NCBI GenBank assembly: GCA_951406725.2
Contig: OX597816.1
Coordinates: 13,206,001 to 13,270,000, forward strand
Reading direction: 5' to 3'
DNA from: Octopus vulgaris
Taxonomy: Eukaryota
Length of the DNA stretch: 64,000 nucleotides
Below the pieces are notes generated by a model. That model was not told the DNA's origin. It worked only from the letters and a program-made list of their open reading frames with translations, and searched no databases. Position numbers and translations under genes: made by a program. The stretch's first letter is position 1, and every line of letters begins with the position of its first letter. Positions 27,789 to 41,865 of this stretch are shown piece after piece.

Positions 27789-28395
27789 AGGTGGCAATCT
27801 GACAGACACGTTAGCACGCCGGGCGAAATGCTTAGCAGTATTTCGTCTGTCTTTACGTTCTGAGTTCAATTTCCGCCGAGGTCGACTTTGCCTTTCATCC
27901 CTTTCGGGGTCGATAAGTTAAATCCCAGTTGCGTACTGGGGTCGATCTAATCGACTGCCCCACCACCACCCCAAAAATTTCGGGCCTTGTGTCTAGAATA
28001 GAAAAGATTTGTTTTAAGGCGGCGAGCTGGCAGAAACGTTAGCGTAATGGGCGAAATGGTTAGCAGCATTTAAGTTCGTTTGTCTTCACGTTCTGAGTTC
28101 AAGTTCCGCCGAGGTCGACTTTGCCTTTCATCCTTTCGGGGTCGATTAAATAAGTACCAGTTACGCACTGGGGTCGATATAATCGACTTAATCCGTTTGT
28201 CTGTCCTTGTTTGTCCTCTCTGTGTTTAGCCCCTTGTGGGTAGTAAAGAAATAGGTATTTCGTCTGTCTTTATCTTCAGAGTTCAAATTCCGCCGAGAGG
28301 TCGACTTTTTTGGTCGATAAATTAAGTACCACTTGCGTACTGGGGTCGATCTAAACGACTGGCCCCCTCTCCCATGTGCCTAGAGTAAGAAAACA
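27789..28395 (+). mobile_element. cluster of SINE A copies/multimer
   Basis: Heads at ~27789 and ~28018; three body units. Confidence 0.88.
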
Positions 28396-29353
28396 AAGCA
28401 ATCTATTAGTCATTTACTACTGATATGCATGGAATTACAAAGCACTATCTTCTCTCTCTCTCTCTCTCTCTCGCTCTCTCGCTCTCCCCCTCTCTCTCTC
28501 TCTCTCTTTCTCTCTCGTTCTCGGTTAATGAAATCCAAATTAAATCAAAAAGTTACATCGCTAATACCATGACAACCAATTATATTAACAATATATTTTG
28601 CAGCCAGATATTGTATACTGAAATTCTTCTACTTATAATAGAATATATTTATCAAGTGATAATGGAATTCTTTGAATTTTTATTAATTTTGTTAAGAAGC
28701 CGTACGAGATTACGAAGATGTTTGCAAGTGATTCTCAATACTTGTTTCTTTGGTTTATTCATTTATTTTCCGTCTTAGACGGCAATGTGTCTTTTTTTGT
28801 TTTTGTTTTTTTTTTTTTAGACGAAACCTGGCTTCTGAAGTGAAACCGTTTATCGCATAGAAAGAATAACCAACGAATATGTAAATTCTTATGTGCATAT
28901 ATATCCTATGTATATGTGTGTGTGTGTGTGCGTGCGTTTGTGTGTACAAGGATTAAAGAAGAAACAGAAGAAGAACAACAACAACAACGACAATAGCAAC
29001 ATTATTTACAGTAGGTTATAGTAGAAAACACTTGCCCAAGGTGCCACGCAGTGGGATTGAACCCGGAACCATGTGCTTGGTAAAAGCAAGATACTTACGA
29101 CACAACCACTCCTACGCCAACTTTTGCACGATACGCAGGTGGCGAGTTTATAAAAGTTTTAATTGCAAACCTGTCTGTTTATAAATTTGATATGTACTCA
29201 GTATGAAAATTTTATTGTTGTCATTTTATAATATCCGCTGAAGACGTCGATGTGTCTTCATTTGTGGTGGTTAATGTTTAGGCTTAGTGTTACTCATATC
29301 AATCAAATTTACTTCGCACTCTTGAATAGCCTAACTTTATTCTGAGGTAGTGT

Positions 29354-29730
29354 GATGATGGAAGCACTCCGTCGGTTACGACGATGAGAGTTCCGGTTGA
29401 TCCGAATCAACGTGAAATTAACGTGTAAGTGGCTGAGCACTCCACAGACACGTGCACCCTTAACGTAGTTCTCAGGGATATTCAGCGTGACACAGAGAGT
29501 GACAAGGCCGGCCCCTTCAAATAAAGGTACAACAGAAACAGGAAGTAAGAGTGATAGAAAGTTGTGGTGAAAGAGTACAGCAGGGATGACCACCATCCCC
29601 TGCCGGAGCCTCGTGGATCTTTATGGTGTTTTCGCTCAATAAACACTCACAACGCCCGGTTTGGGAATCGAAACCGCGATCCTATGACCGCGAGTCCGCT
29701 CCCCTAACCACTGGGCCATTGCGCCTCCAC
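29354..29730 (-). mobile_element. SINE family B
   Basis: Reverse complement of the 4431 copy. TSD tgaggtagtgt at 29343-29353 and 29731-29741. Confidence 0.93.
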
Positions 29731-30068
29731 TGAGGTAGTGTATCTATAAATATACTATTATGTCCCCGTTCTAAAATGGTGGTTTGAAATTTAAGGAAAA
29801 TTTGACTGCGATTCCGAGAAGACTGGATGACTACCTATCAGTTTTTCAACGTAATAGGGTACTTAATACAGCAAAACAATGATAGGAAATCAGGTAAGAA
29901 AAATGGAAAAGCAATTTCTTGAAATGATTGTGTAATATCTTGCTTGTTATATCCAATGACCATTGAGAAAATGAGAAATTTTTCCTCTCTTTTTTTCATC
30001 CTATCACTCCCAACCTACTTTCCAACACATGCACACATATATTGTCTCCCTCCCGCACACTCTCTCTT

Positions 30069-30109
<41 letters not shown>

Positions 30110-32032
30110 ATATGTGTGTGTGCGTGTGTGTGTGTATCAGTTGTATCCACCCACTCTTATCTGTGTTTTTAATTGAAAATGTTCATTTGAATGTAGATAT
30201 ATTCTCGTATAAATCTCAGCAAAATAACTCTCGCTTTCAAATATTTCCCAGTGGCTAGACATATTGCCAAGTACGATGCATTTAAATCTTACATTGTCGT
30301 CTTCGCTGACCCGAATAAATTTCTAACAGCATTTTTATTTATTTATTTTCATTTCTTTTGAATTCAGATAGCAAATCTGAGCGCATAATTCCGAGCCATT
30401 TTCTGTTGAACAAATAACATCGTTTTTAAGCAAAGCACTGGGCGTAAAACATCGCGTTTTTCACGGCTCACGTTCAAGTCCCCACCACATATCTTTACCG
30501 CCCGCCACATGCCACAAATGCAGCGAAAAGCACAGCGAAAGTGTTACTGTTTGAGTAAAATATACTTGACTGCTTCTTGGATAACATCCGAACAACAATT
30601 GCTTACTGGCACGTAAATTGAAATTTATGGTAAATTTTCCGATTCAGCGAAGTATTTTTATGAGACAGTTATTGTTTATTTTCTTTCTTACATAATCTCT
30701 TTTTCTTTTTTTTGCTGCTGTGTGAAGAGAATATAATTACACATAAAAATGAATAGTGTAATGGATTACATATATCATAACAGTTCTGAGACTAACAAAT
30801 ACAGAAAACCAATTGAACGAGTGGTATTTACAAGAAGACATATTGACCTACATAGGAGGCAATATTACGTAGAAATGTCACTTATATAATTTATTTCCGT
30901 AAGAGAAAATATCACAAAAATATATTTTCCGAAGCATCTAAAAAACTGCATTATCACAAAATGTCGTGTAAAACATTGTACTGGTTTATATGTGCGGCCA
31001 ATTATCCGGAATTTGCCAGTTGAAATTGTAGAACATTACGCATGTGTAAAAAAATGGATAAATAAAAACGACATAACGCAATTCGATTGATCATCGTATT
31101 TCAAGTAGAACAAGAGATTATACTCTTGTTGTTCAATACTGATTGCTTAATACGTTCTCGAAATTTCGTAAAAATATTTGAAAGCAATCATTACTGTAAA
31201 ATGGAGCGTCCTAATGTTTCTTGTTTCTTATTTGTTTGAGTGTTTTTTCTTCTGCTCTCTTTGTATTTATTGGAAGGAATTACAACCGTGTTTCGTGGCC
31301 TGTTACCACAACAGCTCCTTTATAGGATCCAGTTAGCAGAAGACATCATCAGGAGGAACCACGTCCGGTTTCGGCCCTTACTCCTCAACCGTTTTGACGT
31401 GGCGCCTCCCCCCTTTCGGAGGTGTCTTCAGCTCTGGTGTTGGGTGCATGTCTTCTTTCTTCTTCTTTCTTCTGTTCCCTGGCCTCTTCGATGTAGCGTC
31501 AGCAAGTCTCAGCCGATGATTGACTCACAGCCCCAGCAAGTTGTCACGTGACACTGTCTCACCATAACTGACTACTATATAAAGTCACAATTTTAGTAAA
31601 TCTTACAAGAATTAGTATAAGTCATGGGAATGTTTGGGTCTTTTCTTTTTTTGTCGTTTGTCAAATTAAATTACGTATTTCTACAATACATAATGGATCG
31701 CTGATACAAGCAAAACAGATTATATCTTCATCTAGTGTGTCAGATGTAAATCAGACATTTTAAAGTTGTATACGGTTGTAATCGCCGTTACAAACACCTA
31801 ATTATGGTGGGTAGAATAGTAATCAAATCAGCCTAGTAGACTGAGCTTCTTTGGGATAATTGTGCATTAGGTTTCATATCGTTTTCTATTTTACGATAGT
31901 TATGATGTTGTTTTGAGAAAATATGGCACTTCTTGACACAGGCGCTGCTGTGTTGCAAAAGTTTATTTCCCAAACTGATGGTTCCGGGTTCAGTCCCACC
32001 ACGTGTCTGTGGAGTACTCAGCCACTTGCACG

Positions 32033-32858
32033 TTGGGAGAGATAAGTCTACGAGTGCAGAGGTCAGAGCTCCTCGATGTTTTAAATGCGGTCTGAAAGTC
32101 CACATAACAGCTAACTGTCCTCCACCAGCGAAGGAACCAACGAGGGAATGGAACCCGTAAAAGAGATAGAAGATACCCGGGAGCGGCAAGAGGAACACAG
32201 AGAGACGGAAGAAGAAAAGATGGAAGATAAAGCAGGATGGAAAACCAGTAGTAAAAGGAAGAAAAGAAAAAGAAAGAAAGCAAGTTCTAATGAAGCCCCT
32301 ACCTACCCCAGCACCACCCACGCCCTCTTCAACCCACCCTTCCCCTGCAGACACAAAACCTACCCATTCCCGCCAGCAAGAAAAACAAAAAATAGACATA
32401 CAGAACTACTTTCAAAATTCCCCTCCCGTTATAGGTTTATTAGACAAGGACAACGAGGACCTGTTGAAAATATTGAGGGACTAGGGTAAAGTTGAATTGC
32501 CGGATAGTTGGGATGAGGAAGAGTATACGGAAGTGCATTTTACGGGAAAACAAGTGAGAGAATTTGAAGAGGAACTGATTAATGTTTTGGGGACAATGGG
32601 AAAGGAGATAAACTCGGATGAGAAAAAAAGAACTAGAAAAACGGTACGGGCTGAAATAAAGAGACCATGTATTTTTCAATAGACTATAAGATGAGAACAT
32701 AGGAAAAGAAGACAGGTGAGTGATGGGGCAGGTAACATCGCTTTCATCTTTCATTTTCACCCTCTCATTTTTATCGTAAGTTTCTTTTGCGTTTTATGTC
32801 CCCAATGTGTTGTTTGTTTCTTATATTCGTCAACCCGTTATGGGTAATAAAGAAATAA
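32033..32858 (+). pseudogene. non-LTR retrotransposon remnant (L1/Tx1-like): ORF1 CCHC knuckle joined to a 3' UTR
   Basis: CFKCGLKVHITANC is CX2CX4HX4C, followed by basic/acidic ORF1-like tracts with frameshifts. Ends in a T-rich UTR and atgggtaataaagaaata. Confidence 0.6.
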
Positions 32859-32863
32859 GAACC

Positions 32864-33370
32864 CTTAGCACACCGGGGGAAATGCTTAGCGGTATTTCAT
32901 CTGCCGCTACGTTCTGAGTTCAAATTCCGCTGGGGTCGATGTAATCGACTTAATCCGTTTGTCTGTCCTTGTTTGTCCCCTCTGTGTTTAGCCCCTTGTG
33001 GGTAGTAAAGAAATAGGTATTTCGTCTGCCGCTACGTTCTGAGTTCAAATTCCGCCGAGGTCGACTTTGCCTTTCATCCTTTCGGGGTCGATAAATTAAG
33101 TACCAGTTACGTACTGGGGTCGATATAATCGAATTAATCCGTTTGTCTGTCCTTGTTTGTCCCTTCTGTGTTTAGCCTCTTGTGGGTGGTGAAGAAATAG
33201 GTATTTCGTCTGCCGCTACGTTCTAAGTTCAAATTCCGCCGAGGTCGACTTTACTTTTCATCCTATCGGGATCGATAGATTAAGTACCAGTTGTATACTG
33301 GTGTCAGTGTAATCGACTGGCTCCCCTCCCCCCAAATTTCGGGCCTTGTGCCTATTGTAGAAAAGATTAT
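32864..33370 (+). mobile_element. SINE family A trimer
   Basis: Body units joined at gaaata|ggtatttc (~33015, ~33200). Confidence 0.88.
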
Positions 33371-33759
33371 TTCGCCCTTCCTTCCCTCCGTTTACTGTAG
33401 ACAAATTTTATCCAGAATTTATACGTCTAGTTAACTTTATTTTCTAAATATCGTTGTATTTTTAACAGGGCTTTATGGACTCACTGTTGAATAATAAAAT
33501 GATTTAACATACAATTTTATGAAATTGTTGAAATAATTGGTATCTTTCATTCGTTTCTCTCACTGGACTGTAGCCAAGCTGTGACCCGCCTTGAAGAGCT
33601 TAGTCGCACAAAACTACCTTTGTAGTTATTTTAATTTTAGGTCTGGCACTTATTTTGTCTGTCTCTTATTCCGAACCCCTGACTTGCGGGGACAGACACG
33701 AACCATCATCAGTTGTAGAGCGGTGGAACTTTGAGTGAGACGGAAGCACAAATAATTAC

Positions 33760-33790
<31 letters not shown>

Positions 33791-33920
33791 CATACAAACA
33801 CACACATACAAAAAATACCCTGTTGTTGATGTTGAAATTGCAATGAAGGAGCCTTGGATCTAGGTTAGAAACCGCTTCTTTCTCTATTGGCAAGAAATCT
33901 TGAAATAAAACTGAATAGTA

Positions 33921-34255
33921 GCATACATACATACATACATACATACATGCATGCATTCATGCATGCATGCATGCATACATACATACATACATACCATACA
34001 TACATACATACATACATACATACATGCATGCATGCATGCATGCATGCATGCATACATACATACATACATACATACATACATACATGCATGCATGCATGCA
34101 TACATACATACATACATACATACATACATACATGCATGCATGCATACATACATACATACATACATGCATACATACATACATACATACATACATACATACA
34201 TACATACATACATACATACATACATACATACATGCACATACGCATACATACATGC
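33921..34255. repeat. (CATA)n/(CATG)n microsatellite
   Basis: Directly visible. Confidence 0.97.
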
Positions 34256-34984
34256 GGTAACAATTCTACCACCTCACCGCCCTAATTTACATTATAATAT
34301 ATTAAATGTCCGTCTTCTTCATTATCTTGGTTTAAATTCTGCCGCCAAGGTCGACATTGCCTTTCAACCTCACGAGGGTCGCTAAAATAAGTACCATTTG
34401 CACTCTAGAGTCGATGGAATCGACTTACAACTCACTCGTAATTGCTAGGCTGATGCCAGAATTTAAAACCAATATATTAAATGTTGCTTGTAGCCGTGTT
34501 AGTGAAATGAAGGTTACAGCAATTGGCAATGATATCGCCCTAATGCCATCGTTATCACCGTGACAGCTAATATAATAGTCCTGTACAAACCTCTTTCCAA
34601 TACTCCCTAACAAACTCCCTTCTAGCTGGCAGTGTATGTAATGTCCACAATCAGCTATAGGCGTTGTTTTCATTTAGACAACCTACGATTTCCATAATTC
34701 GCTTAGATGTAACCATGGCAATGTTGAACTTAATACAACACTCGAAACTGACGAATGCTATATTTATCTAAAGAAGTTGTTTTCCAAAAGGTTTCCCGAG
34801 GCAGCAATTATCGTAACTATGGAAATTTAGGAGCTGTTAAAACGTTAAATACCACAAAATTTTAAGGCCAGTTAACAGTGAACCATCCTGTACAGGAATG
34901 ATGAATAAACAGCATGTGCAAAATTCTTGGTTCAGTTTTTTCGCTCTTACCTGGCCCACCTACTAACCTATTTTTGGAACTGAG

Positions 34985-35054
<70 letters not shown>

Positions 35055-35183
35055 CATACATACATACATACATACATACATACATACATACATACATACA
35101 TACATACATACATACATACATACATGCATATATATATACATACATACATACATACATACATGCATATATATATACATACATGC

Positions 35184-35214
<31 letters not shown>

Positions 35215-35244
35215 AATGCATATATATATAAATGTACATATATG

Positions 35245-35548
35245 TGGAAGCACTCCGTCGGTTACGACGATGAGGGTTCCGGTTGATCTGAATCAACGGA
35301 AAAGCCTGCTCGTGAAATTAACGTGTAAGTGGCTGAGCACTCCACAGACACGTGTACCCTTAACGTAGTTCTCGGGGATATTCAGCGTGACACAGAGAGT
35401 GACAAGGCCGGCCCTTTGAAATACAGGTACAACAGAAACAGGAAGTAAGAGTGAGAGAAAGTTGTGGTGAAAGAGTACAGCAGGGATCACCACCATCCCC
35501 TGCCGGAGCCTCGTGGAGCTTTTAGGTGTTTTCGCTCAATAAACACTC

Positions 35549-35550
<2 letters not shown>
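35245..35550 (-). mobile_element. SINE B lacking tRNA head, within TA/CATA tracts
   Basis: Near-identical to the reverse complement of 4510-4816. Confidence 0.9.
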
Positions 35551-35586
<36 letters not shown>

Positions 35587-35807
35587 TATATAAATGTATA
35601 TAAATATAAACATATATATTAATAAATGTATATATGTACATACATTTATTTAAATGTATATATATACATATATTTATATAAATATATGCCCCTCATATTC
35701 GGGAATGAATAAAGACCATATTAATTTCTTTTATTCATTTAACTTCATAGGCATATAACAACAAACCAGCCAACACCAAAAATCTCTAGTGAGATATCTT
35801 TATCAAT

Positions 35808-35852
35808 GTACCTGAAGAGACCGAAGCTGATGGTTTGAAATATATGTTGTAC
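35808..35852 (+). ncRNA. putative degenerate hammerhead motif
   Basis: gtac-CTGAAGA-GACC..GGTTT-GAAA-TATATG-TT-gtac. Confidence 0.4.
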
Positions 35853-36067
35853 CTAGTAAAAGTCTAATACGAAACGAAATCCATCAACTACTATTAACTA
35901 ATACTCTTATCCTAACTGTTATTGCAGAGTTCCTGAGATCGATTCAACGGAAGTGTACCACAACTGTGGATGACAACAGCTAGCTTAAACCGTGCCGGTG
36001 TTGTACTCAACATTTAAACCCACTAATCGAAGTATATTTATTTTTCCAATCTATTATTATTATTATC

Positions 36068-36143
<76 letters not shown>

Positions 36144-38254
36144 GTTAATATAGAACAGTGAGAATGAGTGTTCAACACCAAATTGGTGAGTAGGCTTTAT
36201 TTGTGGGTCGTCGTTTATTTATAGGAGCTTGAAGTTCTTCGATTTGGGGGCATTGGTTGAAGAATAAATATTATGATCAAATATTTGAAACTAAATAGAT
36301 AAAAGGATATAACATTTATCATTTATAACTCTTTATCGTATTGTTTGAGAAGATAAGGTTCTATTTCCACTATATTACTCACAGAAAGTCGACAATAAAC
36401 CTGAAGGACGGAAAAGTGAGTAAAGTGAGTAAACATCTCCATTTTGAATTGGATTTCTGGAACAAGAAGAACGGATTGAACCCCAGTTCGGAATTAATAC
36501 ATGCGCACATTTATTGTGCGTGTGTATCTGTGTATTTCTCTTTAGGCGTCCACGCTGTTGCGCGTGTGTATGCGAAGAAACAAATGAATGAGGTACAAAA
36601 ATAAACAAGGTTACATCGCTGTAAGCATGAATCTAAATCCAATTCCGAACTCTGTTCGCCAGTAGCTGAAACTCTATTTCAGAGTAAAATCTAATAGTTT
36701 TACAGTAAACCTTAATAACAATACTATAAAAATGTATTCATGTAGCGGAGTAATAAATAAAATTCAAATGAAATATACATAAGAAAATTAGTTGTGTAAT
36801 TGGGATGTATGAGAAATAATTACATACACTGTAACATAACCAGATTCCTGACTGTAATGATAATAGTCATGTTTTATATTGGTAACAATATAAATTACCG
36901 ACTTAGTTTGACAAAGAAAAACATTACGGAAAATATCTACTTCCGCTCTAAAACATCAGCGATCGAGGCAAAAATGATATAATTATAGTTAGCTTGTATT
37001 CAATTATTTTCTGTATGTCATTTCTCATAAACTTGGAATGTCGTTTCGGTATTCATATCTATTTTCTTTTTTTTTTTTTTGTATTTTAGTAACATCAGGT
37101 ATAATAAATATATAAATAAACACATAAATGAACTACAATTATTTCATTCAACCTCGTAATTTTAGAAAGTAATAGACTGATTTTCAGTAAAGAAATAGAA
37201 AAATGAAAAAACAAAAAAATTGAGTAGAAAATTCTTATGAAATACCAACCCAAATAATTGCATTTCATTTAAAAAAAGACAATCTTACTCAATTTTTATA
37301 AATACTTTTATCATTTCTTATTTATCCAGTGTACAGCGAAGAACAAGAAATACGTTCTTAGCAATGCCTAAAATCTTTTTTTTAATTCCACGTTGAAGTA
37401 ATTTTATTTTATTTAGTCTGACAATATCTACCAGCAAAGACATGTACGATGTTAAATTCTTTACGGTCGACCATGAATTTGAGGTCGTTGGCCTAAAGAA
37501 GAAATCGATATTTAGATGAGAGTAATAGATTCTTTGTAAGCTCTTGCTGAGCGGCGTTCTCGATTCCTTGTTTTAAGATATTTAGCGTGACTTGCCTTAA
37601 TAATGACCCCGAGGAAAACAAACCTGGAAGTGACAACTCCCATCAAATTCAAATATCTTTACGCCTCCTCAAAACACATCGGTAATTATCTATCTGGATA
37701 TCAGGTTGGTTAACTAATATACATTGTGGAGGAGGCACTGTGAAACTAAATTGGATTAGAACTTGTTTAAAGGCATAATCAGTGCAAAAGGAATGAAATA
37801 CAGAAGTGAAATCAAAGCAAAGATTAACACTTAACTTTGTATTTCTTGAATATTTCAGGGTTAGAACCTCTTTATCACAACACGTGAAGAATTAGAAGAT
37901 AATGAAGAGCAGGTATGTGGTAGACAGTAGTGGTATGCGCAGTAAGGTGTGGTTTTTACTAACAGGTTTTTTTTGTGTAGGTCTTCTACGTTGTTGAATG
38001 GGCGTTGAATCGTAGATGCAACCAAGATATTCCGATGTTCTGATGAGTTGAGTGTCTTTCTTTCCATAAATTTTCATATTTATGGTCGCATTGTATAATG
38101 CGAAGAATGCATATTGATGCAAAAGTGCTAATATAATTTGGCTTCCTGAAATTAATATTACCACATGAAGAAGATTACGAAACGGCTGTAGCCATGTAGA
38201 AATCGTATGAAAAAATAAATCTATTTTCATATCTACCACCTCCTGACTTTATGT

Positions 38255-38297
<43 letters not shown>

Positions 38298-38366
38298 ATA
38301 CATATATATATACATATTGAAAAAATCAAGATAGAAAATGCTAAAATAATTTTATAAAAAATATTT

Positions 38367-38402
38367 CAGTACCGGTTTCAGTCATTGAGACTTTTTCAAC
38401 TG
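38367..38402 (-). ncRNA. putative variant hammerhead motif in a microsatellite-flanked fragment
   Basis: Minus strand: CAG-TTGAAAA-AGTC-tcaat-GACT-GAAA-CCGG-TA-CTG (variant core). Confidence 0.45.
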
Positions 38403-38596
38403 TAACATTTAAATAATTAAATTTAGAGAAAACTTAAAAGAAAAGTGTTTTTAAAAGAATACTTGTATAGTGTTCAAATACAAGTGGCAATTTCCTGGTT
38501 TCTGCCTGTCTCTGTCTCTCTTGTTTACACTTGTGGGTTCGAGGCCGTTGTGAATATATAAATATGTGTGTATGTATATGTATTTATATATATATT

Positions 38597-38635
<39 letters not shown>

Positions 38636-38643
38636 ATATATGT

Positions 38644-38707
<64 letters not shown>

Positions 38708-38735
38708 ATATATATGTGTGTGTGTATGTAAATGC

Positions 38736-38805
<70 letters not shown>

Positions 38806-39236
38806 AATTAAAGAAATGGCAAAGGAATAAGAGATCATGACATTAACTTCATTATTTCACAGCTGTTTCTGCTATAACATGCAAAGCACTCACAGTAAGG
38901 ATATAGGACAGACACAAAGACACACACACATATCATTGGCTTCCAATTTCCGTCAACTAGATTCATTCACAAAGCATTGATGGTCCCGGGGCCGATGTAG
39001 AAGACATTTACCTAAAGTGGTCCGCGGTGGAGCTGAACCTGAAAGCACGTGATTGCAAAGTGAATGCTTCAGTGACACAGCCATGACTGTGCATAGATTT
39101 CTAGTTTTCTCGTCTCTTGTACTGAAGACGTTTATTGAGGCAGAAACACATATTCATCGCTGTTTTCTTGTACACAGACTGCCTTTTCCTTAATAACATA
39201 TATATAAGTATATATGCAAGTATGTACGTGTGTGTT

Positions 39237-39293
<57 letters not shown>

Positions 39294-39299
39294 CTATAA

Positions 39300-39604
39300 A
39301 CGTCGTCCTTTTCAAGCCTAGCCAGGCTCATCGGCCCGGTTTCCCGGTTTCTGTGCCGTATGTGCTCCCCCAGCTGGACGGGACGCCAGTCCATTGCAGC
39401 GTTACTCATGAAATAGAAAGAAAGAGTGAGAGAAGGTTATGGCGAAAGAGTACAACAGGGGTCACCACCACCCCCTGCCGGAGCCTCGTGAAGCTTTCAC
39501 GTGTTTTCGCTCTATAACCACACACAACGCCCGGTCTGGGAATCGAAACCGTGATCCTCCGACCGCAAGTCCGCTGCCCTAACCAATGGGCCATTGCGCC
39601 TCCA
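39300..39604 (-). mobile_element. chimeric SINE (B head/body, D tail)
   Basis: B head at ~39520-39604; D tail at 39300-39408. Confidence 0.85.
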
Positions 39605-39966
39605 GTATATATATATATAGGTTCGAAACGTTAAAGACTTGTTTTATTTATATTTCCTGAGCGCCATACTAATACAATTGTTTGTTTGTATTCCACCTGC
39701 CTTCGTCTTTTGTTTATTTCCGTAAACCTGCCTTCGTCTTTTGTCTATTTTCATAAAGCTTCCCGTTATATATATATATATATATATATATATACGAGAA
39801 AGAAGCAACAAGAATGGATTTTGTACTAAAAACTAATCCATTCTTGTTGCTTCTTTCTCGTTATAATCACCCCACATTACTGTATGGTTAACACCATATA
39901 GTTTTTCTGGTATCTAAGTTATATATTCAAGTAAATTCATTGGAATTTACTTGAATCTTATATTTG

Positions 39967-40040
<74 letters not shown>

Positions 40041-40784
40041 TATATGTATGTATGTATACACATGTATGTATGTATGTACATGACAGGATTTGTAGTGATT
40101 ACGTGCAATGTTGCAAGAGTACATTGTTGGTAAGAAATATTGCTTAGCGCAGGCAACCGTACTTAAATCATGGCGAGACGGAAATAATCCTCATTCAATG
40201 GGAAGAAGAAAAATGACTAAAATGTGCGAGTTGCTCTAAAGCCACTAAAACTCTGATTTGACTCTACTCCTCTTAGTTTCTCCGGCCTCGTAAAAGGCCG
40301 GGGACATATTCTTAATTGTCACCGCATCACCACCTTAACTACATAGTTTATCACAAAATTCTGTCTGCATTGCGTGAATATATTTCAATACATAATCCTT
40401 CAAATATCGTCTGTCGAAGAACGAATTTAATTCTTAATTTTATATTCACTACCATAAATAAAATCTTGTAAAATTGCGAGCCAATTCACTAGACATCAAA
40501 TCTGATTAATACTCTGCGGCTGTATAATCTAAGCTGTTTAGGTAACGCTACAACAGCAGCGCTGTGTTTGAGTTGCTTTAGGAAACTTTACAGCCTGTTC
40601 CAATGGGCGACAATATTTGAACAAATGAATAATTTGCTCCAAAGCAAAATACACAAATAAAAACAAACGTAAATGGAACGAAATCATGAAATGGACAGGA
40701 AAAAAATAATACAGTTTCTATCCGATTATTATTCTATCCAATTCATATATTAACTTGATTATTATTGCCATTGTTATAGAGGCT

Positions 40785-40809
40785 GTTGTTGCTGCTGTTG
40801 TTGTTGGCG

Positions 40810-40868
<59 letters not shown>

Positions 40869-40917
40869 GGTGGTGGTGGTGGTGGTGGTGGTGGTGGTGG
40901 TAGTAGTAGTAGTGGTG

Positions 40918-40949
<32 letters not shown>

Positions 40950-40962
40950 GGTGGTGGTGGTG

Positions 40963-41018
<56 letters not shown>

Positions 41019-41043
41019 GGTGGTGGTGGTAGTAGTAGTCGTG

Positions 41044-41093
<50 letters not shown>

Positions 41094-41103
41094 GGTGGTG
41101 GTG

Positions 41104-41138
<35 letters not shown>
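40785..41138. repeat. mixed (GTG)n/(GTA)n trinucleotide array
   Basis: Directly visible; continues as (GTA)n at 41397-41445 beyond the SINE. Confidence 0.97.
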
Positions 41139-41385
41139 GTGGAGGCGCGTGGCTTAGTGGTTAGGGTGTCAGCTCCCTGATCGTAAGATTGTGGTTTCGA
41201 TTCCTGGGCCGGGCGACGCGCTGTGTTCTTGAGCGAAACACTTCGTTTCACGTTGCTCCAGTCCACTCAGCTGGCAAAAATGAGTAACACTGCGATGGAC
41301 TAGCGTCCCGTCCAGCTGGGGAACACATACACCATTGAAACCGGGAAACCGGGCCCATGAGCCTGGTTAGGCTTTAAAAGGGCGA
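41139..41385 (+). mobile_element. SINE family D inserted in (GTA)n
   Basis: A box tggcttagtgg, B box ggtttcgattcc, tail ggctttaaaagggcg. Confidence 0.9.
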
Positions 41386-41395
41386 ATATATTTTT

Positions 41396-41446
<51 letters not shown>

Positions 41447-41865
41447 CAGCGGTGAGGCGGCGAACGGCCAGAAATGTCAGCACGCCAGGTAAATTTCTTA
41501 ACGACATTCCCTCCCTCTCTAGGTTCGTTATGAGTTCAAATCGCGCCAAGGTCCACTTTGCCCCTTTCATTTTTTCAGAACAGATGGGTCGCTTTGTGTT
41601 GTTAGTGATCCCTTTGGGGGCCTGTAATCTCAAAATAATTGTTTGAAAATTAATTTAAAATGGAAACAAACCTGGCGAAACCAGCCTTTTTGAAGAACAT
41701 AGACGAGAAAGTGAGAGGTGTTTCAGATAGAGAACTGCAACACGACGCAGTAGTGCCCTCCACCTATTACTCATTAATAAAAGTAGGGCAAGCACACAGC
41801 AGGTTCAAATTCTCGCACACCTCCAAACCCTCCTCTTCCTCCTCCTCATTATCATTATAAATATT

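Noticed and set aside
30380-30560. CpG-richer patch as a promoter
   Set aside because: No associated gene or diagnostic motif.
37417-37520. Possible terminal exon after ttttatttag (LTISTSKDMYDVKFF...)
   Set aside because: Short, unrecognised, and compatible with chance.
40718-41266. Poly-Pro/Leu, Gly/Ser and Val ORFs
   Set aside because: Frames of a (GTG/GTA)n array joined to a SINE.
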